Part shown: positions 40,101-52,100 of the stretch, in pieces | Layout of the letters: each line of letters begins with the position of its first letter | How positions within the stretch are numbered: position 1 is the first letter of the stretch | From: Ascidiella aspersa | Taxonomy: Eukaryota | Assembly (NCBI GenBank): GCA_963924565.1 | Contig: OZ004613.1 | Location: 9,672,001-9,736,000 of the forward strand | Length of the DNA: 64,000 nt | Reading direction: 5' to 3' | Notes under the pieces: generated by a model | Told to the model about the DNA's origin: nothing | What the model saw: only the letters and a program-made list of their open reading frames with translations | Database searches by the model: none | Program-made: the position numbers and the translations under genes

Positions 40101-43100
40101 CGAAATGCGACTCCCGTGTCGGTCAAAGATCGCACGTTAGATGGGCCGGTGCGATCGCGCCACTGTCAACAGTTGCATACGCAGATCGCAAAAATCTCGT
40201 GAGACACGAGCTTTGATGGGATGTTTGAGAAATGTGAGACCCGTGTGTTTGGAATTTAGTTTTGTGTTCGTGAATTTTGAGGCACTTGGAAAACCAAATT
40301 TTTCCTCGAATTTTCTGCTTGTTGCCGATTTTTGCTCGTTGGTCAGTTATCGCAATGTTTAACAGAACAAGTGTAGAATTCCATTTGAAAACTGAAAATT
40401 AGGGAAATGAAATTGTACACATGTTGGCTCATGAAAAAAAGCCTAGATTTCTTGGCGGTTGCGAATCTAGGGAAACTTAAAAACATAGTGAAAACATAAA
40501 ATATAAAATAAAAAAACAGGTGAAAAAAAGGAGGAAAATAAATTCGTTGGCCTTTCTTCCCAATGTATAAAAACTGAAAAAAGGTTTTGAACTTTTCACA
40601 GGAGTGAACGTTTATGACACCAATATGGGATTTGCTTATAAATCAAAATCAAATAAATTTTGAAAAAAATATCATTAAATGTATCGAAATCAAAACCGCA
40701 CAAACGCGAATACCTTCCCTGGTGGACGACGTCGCGCCTCTTCTTCGTCGACTACGTACTCGTTCCCCTTCGTCGGCGGACACGCCTTTGCCACGCCCCC
40801 TTTGCCTCCACCACACTCAACCTCCGCTCGCTCCTCAGCTTCCGCAGTCGATCCTGCGGAGGACCTCGAGAAGAGGCGGGCTCCTCTTGAGATGCTCTCG
40901 TAGAGGTGATCCGAGGCTCGGGCGATCCGGCTCGCGACGCTAAGATGGTTGGGATTAGATCCTCCGGAAGAACCACCGCTCATGGCCGCCTCTTTGATCT
41001 TCATCCGTCTTCTTTTGGCTTCCTCCTCTGTCTCTTTGTAGCCGCTCCTGGTACCGGATGCCGCTTCCAGCTCGAAGACCGACTCCTCTGCCGAAGAGAG
41101 GTGGCGTTAGTAGGAGAAGTGCGATTTATAGGGGATTTTTTAGCTTTTTTATGGTTGTTACTTTGCTATGGAAATTAAATACCAATTTCACGCTTGAACA
41201 CTTACACAAACATTAGTTAACACAACTTTAGTTTGTCTAACTCAATTCTCACAGAATAGATTTGAAAACATCAATGGCCAAGAATATCTTTGTCACTTGT
41301 GTCAAAGCTTCCCGCTTCATGAATTACACTACTTTTAGTTCAGCAAAAAATTACATAAAAAAATGTACATTAAGTTACGATATCATATGATCACCGAAGA
41401 GTTCCTATCCCAGAACGCTACCTTTAACAACAAGTACTTGTGAACAAGTCTAAAATAATAACTTTAGCAAAGGGCTGAAGGCATCTTAAGATTTACTGTT
41501 ACGTCTCACGGCTTATCGAATCGTGAGAGCTCACTGAATTAGACCAAAGTTTTTTTTTTTTTTGTAACGTTCTAACATTGGGTAATTACTGAAAAGGTTG
41601 TATCGAGCTCTTTGAATCTTGACAAGCAACATTCATAGAGTCAACTAATTGATATTTAAAGGAAGTGGTCAAAAATTACGATCAGAGCCCATTTTTTGTC
41701 GAAAAAGGCAATCAAATCTAAGCACCCTTAATACCAACGCCACATACCCAATATGACGAGTGCGCTTAATGCCAGCCACCTTCGACCCGAAAACGCAAAA
41801 TACATAAAACAAAAATCGAAATACTTACCTGCTATGCTCGATAACTGTCATTTGTGTCAGCGATTTTAAAGTACTCACCAGCTATGCTCTTCAGTTCCAC
41901 CGCCTGGAACATGTTATCGGACGCCGCTCGATTCTTCTTCTTTCTTCTCCTGCGCCGGTTGCTCCTCCTGTGCCAGTAGATGCAGAAACAGATGATGGTG
42001 ATGAGGAGCACCAAGACAAAGAGAAGAGCGATAAGCCAGGTCTGCCAATCGGAGCTCGAGCTCGGCTCCGGAAGACCTTGAGATTGAGAGGATTTAAAAG
42101 CGTTTGCTCAATGTTTTTAACTTGAACGAAGTAAAGTGTATCTTCTACGAAAGAAAGTGTATCTCCTACAAAGTAAAGTGCGAGGTTTCGATTGTTGGAC
42201 ATTCACTAATAAGTCTAATAGTGGCAGAAAAAATGATCAAGAACATACAGCTAAAATTTTAACCTCCTTTGTTTCACAGTAATGTAAAATTCCTGCTATG
42301 ATGGACTTAACGTATACTGCAACATGCCGAAATTTAACTTTTTTCTTCTTTCAAAAGTTAGGCACGGATTATCAACTGAAATATCAAAACGTTTGTAAAG
42401 TGACTTGTGACTTGACAAGTTAGTTACGACAATCTGCTTACCTAACGTCCGGCACTGCTTTTCCATTCTGACTACATTCTTGCAATCGGTCGACGGAAGG
42501 TGGATGCCACACCACTGCTCTCTGTACCGAACCTAATAGATAAAATAAAACAAATCATCATTAGTGAAACCGATCTGCCCCTTTTCAGGCTTAAAGCGTC
42601 AAGTCGAACGCCTTTGCGTGTCCAAAGGCGTATATACCACTTGAACTTTTTATCTCAGGTTTTCAGTGGCTATTTTATGTGGAAACGGGTTTGAACAGCG
42701 TCGTATTGAATCGTGGTGCTTATTATAACGCAATGCCTCATAGCCTGGTATTTTTTGCCAGTTATTTGACCGTGTATCGTTGACGTTGATAAAAAAAAAA
42801 AAAAAGGTGTAACTTGTCTTCAGTCCTCACCTATATACTTGTTTCTGCGTATAGCATGAATGGTGTGCCTTCAAAACCTTATCGCCCCGAAATCCTCAGA
42901 GTTGAACCTTTACCTGTTTGTCGGCTTCGTCTTGCTCGGTTTTCCAGCCACCCCACTCCTTCCAGTCGAGAAACGCCAAGCATGAAGGTGACTTTCCGGG
43001 AAGAATGCAAGAAACAGCAGTTTTCTCGGTGGTGTAGTTGCAGTCCACTACTAGATCAGCGGTACTGCCAACACAAGGACCTTTTCCAGTCAAGTATGAA

Positions 43101-46100
43101 ACATTGAGCTTCGATAAGACCTCTACAGCTCCAAGTTAAGCTTCGAGTCGTTTGAATTCTGGGACTGGTTTATTTATTTATTTCTGGGACTGGTTTATTT
43201 ATTTATTTATGGGACTGTTTTTCTGGGATTTTCGCACTGGTTTATTCAGGTTAAAAGGGTATATACGCAAGTTAATATATCTCGAAGAACTAAAACGGTG
43301 AAAAGCCGCTAATTGCACTGCTTAGGACTTAGATGTTACCTAAAGGAAGTCTCGTAAATATTTTTGTGATTTAACAGTGGAAGGAAACAATTCTTTCAGG
43401 TAATTTTTAGCGAAACCGCTAGTTGTTGTATCGCCGTGAAGGCGACCTCTTTAACGCGACCTCTGTGACAAAGTCGGCGCCATCGTTTACACAAAACTTG
43501 ACTTTCACTCGCGGTCAGTTGATTAACTAGAGGAGATGCTTCAGGCCTTTGACGTGACGCTAGGACATATGGTCGCCGATCGGTTTTGTTTGTTTTGAAG
43601 ATACTCAGCCGATAAGGCCGTCTCGTTTGAGGTATCTCCTGGCGGTTTAATGTACGCCCTCCCAAAGATTAAATGCAGATATTAATTCAGAAATGGCATC
43701 TGGCTGCTGACAGTTTTTATTAACAACGAGATAATGCAAACGCCGCTCAAAATTCGACAGAAGGCTGCTTTATATATATATCCTCGAATTCGGTTTTATT
43801 TCCGTTTGTGGCGCGCAGAAGGCGAAGATAAACAACGTACTTACGTATTGCAAACATCGGGTTGCATCGCAGATCGGCATCCGTCGATCAATCTACCTTG
43901 AGCCATGGCCTGACGGGCTTCGGAACACTGCGCCAGGCACGACAAGGGCACGTTGTTGGTCGGCTTCCGCTGCGCCACATTCTTTTTCCTGTCGGCGATC
44001 AATATCGAGATGAAAGCGCTTATTGTATCGTGATCAAAGCGGTGGAAACTACAGGCTTTTGACAGACTGTCCAGTGTCCAGCTTTTCATAATTGCCGCCG
44101 TACGTTTTTTTTTGCTCATGACAAAATAAAGCTAAAACTGGCCAACACTTGCAAAGCAACCGTGTGTTATGTCGTTTTTTGGATTGTAAATAGAAATGGC
44201 TTCACTTGATAAAGTGTAAAGCAATCACAAAACTAACCCTGGATTATTAAATGCACTTGTCTTGTCCGCACTATAATCGGGTCTGAAATTGGGCCTGGAG
44301 TCAACAATGGAGTACGGCAACGCAGACCTCAATGTTAATTAGCGAATGCCAAGCTTTTACCCAATCTTTGGAGTTAAAGAACTGCCTTATAATCAATAAT
44401 TTTAGCCCAGTATATCAAAGCAATGTTTTGGTTTATAGTTTATATTTCCTTGCAGTTTTTAGTTTATATTTCCTACGGGTTGCCCTATATAAACCTTGAC
44501 TTATACCCGATGCCTTCGGAAAGGCTAACTGAAATGAGTAGGCCTAATCAGGATTATCGTGTTAGCAAAGCCAGAAGCCAGGATAGAAACAACTACCCTG
44601 AGGTAAGGTTCCAACTCGCCACCTCCGGCCAAGCCGGGACCTAAGTTGACTCTGTATACGGTATAGTGTTTTAGTAGTAAACACACGCAGCATTTTCGTT
44701 AAAAGTTTTTCAGCATTGCAACAATAAGCACGTCCATTGCGCTTTTGCCTGTAAAACAGCATCCGCTCTGGGGCATAGTGGTTGGCTGGTGGTAGAAAGA
44801 CGTAGTAAGAATCTTAAATCCCATACAGAAGTTAGTAGCATTTTGAACGTTAAGAGTATCTCTTTTTTTATTCATTTTCAACATAGATTAAGAGATAATT
44901 AAAAACGAAGAGATATTCGAAACGTTCAAAATGCTACCAACTTATGTATGGGCTTCAATATTCTTAAACTACGTCTTACTACAATCTCCATTCCTCCAAC
45001 TATGATGCTTCAGAGCGGCTTTGATATTCTTACATCATCCGCTTATGCTTTTGGTATTTTTACTCCCACTCATCTTACAATGATTCTTTTGTGGTCGTTG
45101 TAACAGTGGTGGTTGTCGAAGTTTTCGTGCTGGTAGTGCTTGATTCCACGATGCATCCTGGACACTTGGCACTCTCGTATTGCAGATGGAGTCCCTTGCC
45201 GCCTACGCAGTTGATACTCGGGTGGTCGGGCTGCGACCCGCCGTAACACCTGCGCACGAGTACGAGTTAAAATGCGAGTACGGAGTATCAGAACGAGTTT
45301 GGCTATGGGCATTGTGTTTAAATTTAGTTATCGTACGGATACGGGTCCACGATAGTGCATAGTGTAAAAAGGGAAACGATAACTTTTCCGGTTTATGGAA
45401 AGTTTTGAAGATCTTTCTTCATTAGTTCGGACTTGATTTTAGATTTCGTGCATTTGCAAAGTTTTAAAGTTATTCTGTGAAACTGTTATAGCCTATACTG
45501 GCGGCTTTATGTGTTTTTCTAGCACTGGTTTGTTTCTTCTTTGAATTATACGGAGAAAGTGCAACCTTCTATCCACCGAAAAAAGCTAGAACACAGCACG
45601 AATGATACTCAGTCAAAATAACGATCGCGTATGCAAATGTTCTGCCTCTCTCCCACAACGAAACCAAATTCAATTTCGGATCCACTTTAAACGTTACAGC
45701 ACAAAAGATATACAAGAACTCACCCCCTCTCTCGTTTTCGGTAGCAGGTCGCGTTACAGGCGCCATACGCACCCCACGAACCCCAGTTACCATCGCACTC
45801 GCAGAAGCTGGTCTGCGTCACCTTGCAGTCGTTCAGTGTGCTGCAATACCGAGACACCTGACAAAAGAAGACGTTTTATTAGTGATTTGATAAGTGTTGC
45901 ACGCCACGAGCGATTTGCGTATATCTCACCACGTAAAACAACTGCGACAACAGGGGGAATCCAGGATTTAGGTCTGGGGGCAGGCGATTTTTTAGAATGA
46001 CGTCACAAAGTACGCCACACACTCTTTTTTAATTTAGTGCAATAAATGTACGGATCAGGTGTTATCATTACAGTTTGACGTTTTAGTTATTTTTGGTCGG

Positions 46101-49100
46101 TATCTTGTAAGCTGCTTTGACTGGTTCTAGCTTGAGGGCCAACTGACTGGAAAACTATTTTGTGTTTTCATTGGTCTGTTTGCTGCTGTGTGAGCGTTTA
46201 GTTAGACAAATAAACGGTTATCACAATATATCTTTCCAGTCAATTCGCATATACATTACAACAAGTTACAATAGCCACATTTGTAAAATAGGAAGTCAAA
46301 TCCAAGATTCCAATATTTATCTTCTGGTATCGGAACCTTCACATAGCATTGTATAAGTGAATATATATATTTTGAATTTTCGTGAGGGACAACTAAAAGT
46401 AATTTTTGTTCCTGTCAAATCGTTTTGTCCAAATTTGACAAAGTCGTTGGTGTAAAGACGATTCTTTGATGCAAATGGCTAAGCTTAGGTTATGACTATT
46501 TGCCCAGCTCTATATTAATGGCATACGTTTTAATTATTACTGCCTTACTCATGGTAATTTAAACACATGTTACATTAAACAAATGAAACGAAAACATGCA
46601 GTTCTTCGAAAAATCGGTTCTCACAAATTTCACGGATGACGTATTCCTGTCGCTTCGATGACGCGTTTTGGCGCTTCATCAAGCTCTAACACAAATCGAC
46701 AAACGCTTTTACATAATTTAACGAGGTTGTCATTCTTCCTGTTGCTGCATATCCTCTAACGCGAGCTGACCCATTGCGTAATCGTTTAGATTTAAACAGC
46801 TCTCACAACTCTTGATATTCGAGTTTTCGGATCCGCGTGGGACAAAATAATCGAAAAACAAAACGTAAAATCGGTCACGTGGTTTGTTGTGACACGTGCC
46901 CTGAAGAAATTCCCCGTTATATATTTACTCTAGACATGCTTGCAACTTATAAACAAACAATTTTTTTGAAAACGCATTGTCAAAAAACAGCTAAATATTT
47001 GATAGGTGTTTAGGCTGTTAAATAATAAAAAAACAGGTAAAAATATGAATTTCTTATTATAAACAGAAACATACATTTCGCCATATAAACCCAGGCGTTT
47101 GTCAGTTGACATATGTATTTTATTTGTAGCTTGAATCTTTTTTTTCAGCTTTTTTACGTTTAAAGGGGTTTCAGTTAAATCTAATGGGATAATTTTTTCA
47201 AAAGGCCAAAATGTGGATAATGGGTTATTATCGTCATCAATGATTCAGCAGTTTATATCGATATACATCATTGGTCAATTACCCAGTGTTATTTCAAGTT
47301 CACGGTCGTCAGCGTGCTGACCTAACCCTGCAATTTCAAACGATTACGAAATTTCCACTCTTAACGAGGGGAAATCTAAACCGCTTTTGGCAATTTTAAG
47401 CTTTTCGGCGATGGTCTAGAATACTACCACATTTTCATATGGGGGTTACTATTACTAACACTATTTAAATTGCGAGTTAGCGTTTGGGTTCGGGTGGGTC
47501 AAGTATTATCGTTAATTTATTTTCCCATAGTGCTAAAATCTTGGTTTTCCGTTAATGTTGACTTTCAACTGATATTTGTTCGGTATCGTTCACGACGTAA
47601 TAATGGGAGCCATGGATAGCAGTCAAATAAACCTGAGTATATGAGTTCCAACATCAGGTTTTCGACTCCCCTTTTTTGGGATGACAATGTTAACACTTTT
47701 TGAAATCGGACATGTAGCCTAACTGTCTTTTGCTGTGGAATTCTGTGTAAATTTGAATTCATAGCAACCTACTTCGTGTTTGCTTGAATCAGTGATCAAT
47801 CCGTTCATTAGTTTTGTAAACAATTTAAAGTTTATATGAAGTTCAAAAATACGGGGTAGATTACTAACATTAATAAACTTATTTGATTCTTATTTAAGAT
47901 CAATTTTTATGTACATTTAAGGGAAATAAGTAAATTTACCAGAAATATTTTGATTAAAAACATACTAAAGCCAATAAGTCAATGCATTTGCCTAGATACC
48001 CAAAGACTAAACTCTTTTGCCTATAAGTGACTTAGCGTCAAGTTAAGTAATGTTATCCCAACTAGTTATGTCTATCAATTTTAAAAATACTTCACACTGC
48101 CGTTTTGCAAGAATTTACAATAAAAACGCGTCGCATCACTGCGCAAAAAAATCGGGCGCTCCTTAATTGAGGAACAATCACCCCTAATGCTCAAGACACG
48201 TACCCCAACACCCCCCGTTCGCAAAACCTACCTTGGTCGACTTGCTTGTATCGCACGGAATAGGACAAGGTGTCCTGCTCGAAAGTTCCATCGTACCTCC
48301 AATGCAGAGATCGCCTACAGTTGGCGGACATTTGCTCACATTCTCAATTAAGACGCCGTTCTGGCAAAGCTTTGCGCCGCAGTACCTTCACGACAAAGGA
48401 ATGTGGAATCTTTTCAGCCGCTAAACGAATAGTTTATTGGTCGGTAGCTTGGCGACTAGAGCCTTAGATCGACAGTCGAAAAAGTTTCATTTACCAAACA
48501 AACCGCCGTGATAGACAAACGATTGTTTGGTTGCACGTCCGGTCATTAAGATCCAAGCCAAGTGCAAAACTTAAAGACCGAAATCAACTTGTGGTAGGAA
48601 TATAAATTCCTATAATGAACGTTTCGAATAACTCTTTATTGATTTGATCGTTGAAAATGAATAAATAAATATTCTAAACGTTCGAAATGCTACCTACTTC
48701 GGTATGGGGTTTGATATTCTTACTACAACCTCCAACCATTATATTCCGAAATGAATTTGGTTAGACTTTAACGATAAACATATTTTAATTTTAATTGTTT
48801 TATCCAGTGTTTTCATTATAAAGATTGAATTAAGCATTTGGTTTGTGTATTATTAGCTTACACCCTGATTAATATTGTGTTATTTTTTTAGATACTGATA
48901 ATGCGTTTAGGAGTGAAATAAGTTTATCATATAGCATCCAAACAAACTGATTTCAGCTTTTCCAAGCTCTGTGTTTAGTTTAATATTTATCATTAATCTG
49001 CAACCAGAATCGTTTGTTTTTTCACCATTCGGATTCAGGCAAGCTCTGTTATCCAAAAGTAAAATCCCGATTATTAGTGTTTTTCACTGCGTGGCCTTTA

Positions 49101-52100
49101 TTCTGTTTTGCGGAGTTGAAGCAGCAAAAACGCCCGGTTACCTGAACCTAGTGTAGGAGCACTGGCTGGTGCACTGCGGGTCCTGTCGATTATAAATCCT
49201 CCATTCGCCTTGGTCCTGGCCTAGAGCGGTGTCCAGGATCAAAAGAAGCAACGCTAGACGGACAAATTCCATCGCGCCCCTGTTCCCTCTTCGTCACGTG
49301 ACGGCTGCTCGTTCAATGCAAAGCCGCCACTCGCTCGAGTTGTTGTAGTCAAACGATGCAGACGCGTATTAAGGTATACGCGTTTGTAAACAGAGGCTTT
49401 TGGGTTCAGTTTTAGGCAGTTTTAGTGCTAGGAACCTGAAACGGATCCAGTTTTATAGATATCCTCGACTATTGCAACAAAACGATAACTTAAACTACTA
49501 AAATTCGTTTTTAACGACAAAAGAGTCTTGAATATTACCCATAGCCAAAAATAATGTAATGATTTCTTTAATTTTACGCAATTTTTCCCTGAGCACATAG
49601 TCAAATTGCAATTGACGTTTATACTTTCTCGGTTTCACCTCGGCTTGGCTGATTTACAATACAACGCTCACCTGTACTGCTCTATTGTCTACTAAAGCAA
49701 CCTCCACGCATCCTTAGGCTTTCGCTTTATACACGGCTCTCACCTGACGCGACCATCAATCAATCATCGGTCAACCCGCGCGAACTTTACCCTCTGAAGA
49801 CCCCACCTATAGGCCCCCGGATCACCCCTCAAAAACCCCTTTCACCTGCGTTAAATCATCCGTCTTGATTCAACTTTTCCCGAACGAAGCCGTATTTGAC
49901 GATCTGCTTTCAGATTCGCTTCGAAACGAGTTATCGCATTGACAACAAACAAATGCACTTTGCTTGTGTTGTGACTTGCGACAGCGCAAACACGCGTAAG
50001 CACCGCGCGCTGCTTAATTACGCGATTGTCCTTTCCTGGTGATGATGCGACGCTCTCATTTCCGCCCAGCGTTGCAAACCTCTGCCCTATCGCTGTCTTT
50101 CTATCTGCTTATGTACAACACTATATAGCTGGTGCATAGGTGCATGGCTCTTTGTGTGTTGTGTTGTAACGGTGTTAGCCAGTTGTGCTCGGTGCGCCGA
50201 CGCGATGACGGTGATTCAGCGCAACTGTTTCGTCACAAAGCTGATCGCCCGAACCACATCCGGTCGCTCTCTGGCGCAACCGGCGGCGAACATGCGCCCG
50301 CCTTCACTGACAACGTTCAACGTGCCGTAGCAGGCGCTTAGCAAGTCCGCAGTATGTAATCATTCATAACTAGATATTGTTTTCACTCGTTCAACAACAC
50401 ACTATCCAAAACGTTTGATGAAATTTTCTGATAAATACAACGAATCTCTCAATTCAAATTTACCGCTTTAAGTTCTCCGCGCAAATCACGTATTTACCTT
50501 CTTTTACGGGAACATCAATTTCTATACATAGGCGTTTATGAAATTTTCTCTCTTTTCAACAAAGATTCGGTTTGTTACGTATGGCCAAAACACGTCACTG
50601 GTCGTTGACTAGAAAGTTTGAAAGTTTATTTTTCGAGGTAAAGCGACCTGCTTTACGTAACAGTTAACATGTAAAACAAGTTGTATAGACCTAATGGTTA
50701 GATGTTGTAGTAGGACGACGTAGCAAGAAAATCCAAGCCCATATACAGAAGTAGGTAGCATTTTGAACATTTCGAATATATCTTTATTCATTTTTAACAT
50801 GTAATGTTGAGTTATTTAAAACGTTTCTGTATATGGGCTTTTATATTCTTGCGAAGTTGTATATAGACTTTCCTGTTTCACTGTTGGCTTACCCCTGGCT
50901 TGACTATGCCTTGACTTCCGCTTTCTAAACGACGAGCTTGTTGCTGTTGTTGCTGTTGATGTTTATTGAGGTTCAGGCCAGGCTAAATTGTCGTGACGCG
51001 CGCAACCTCCGACGTGTTTGCTACACGCGAAGACCCTGTTGGCCTGCCCTCAGTGGAATCAAGGTCGAAGAGTGAAAAATGAACGCACACAGGTTGATGA
51101 CGAGCAGTAATAGAAAATACGCTCATAAGGAACACGTGCGAACGCCAAATACGGAGATTGGCAGGCGCAGTCATTTCTTACTCAACAACGGCGTTGTTTG
51201 GCCGTCATGATTCTTAACCCCCGGGGAATTTTGCTTTAAAGTTCTTTAAAAGAAAATAGAGGACCAAAATCTTGCCTATAGAAATTCATTGTATTCACTG
51301 TATACTTTCTGAAACACATATATAGGTAGTTTCAAAAAAACATTTTCATTCGCACTGTTGATTTAAAAACGTGAATACAACATTTTAATACTTGCACAAA
51401 GTTGTATTAAACCTACACTTTACTGCAAGCTGTATTACCCGTAGCGTATAGCGCATAAAAATACTTAAAAAGTGTAAAAGAACATTTATTTATCATTTTA
51501 AATACAAAATCTAATCAAACAAATTCGTTTTGCAGACGCCGCAGCTAACGACAAATCTACCAAAAACCCGGCGCCCAGGCCAAGCAAGCGGCCTCCGCGA
51601 AAGCGCAAAACAACGACGTCGCCCTTCACGCCCAGCAGCATCACAATCATCAACCACTTCGCCAAGTCGGTCGCACCGCCCGTCGCTTCGCCCGCGGGAA
51701 ATCGGAGCCTGAATCCCCGCCGAATGGACTCGACTACCCCGGGGTCGTTCGACGTGGGTGCTTCGGCTGCGACCGCAATCGCCGAGACGCCGAACGGCGA
51801 CGCCGACAACGCGACCGTTCTCTTTCCGGTCCTGCGCAGTTTCATGGCGATCTCGTCGTACATAACTGGTAGGTTTTGTTTCGTCAACTCTAGGGAGAAT
51901 ATTTTGGCGATTAGGGGATTTGCGATAATATCGGTTCGGAGCCGACACCCGATGCCAAGCGGTAGAATCGGAATACTCGTCCGATTCTAACGTAGTATCG
52001 GTGCCGATCCGACATCAAATTAACTTCTGAATAAAAGCCATGTCTTGCGATCCAATCTAGAGTTTTCTACCTTAGACAAATTTAGAATATAGCTCGAACC

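Noticed and set aside
46544-46560. Minus-strand ATG A|GTAAG as first exon of the nested gene
   Set aside because: Phase 1 puts the next exon into a frame with a stop; the start at 49272 gives a signal peptide and consistent phases.
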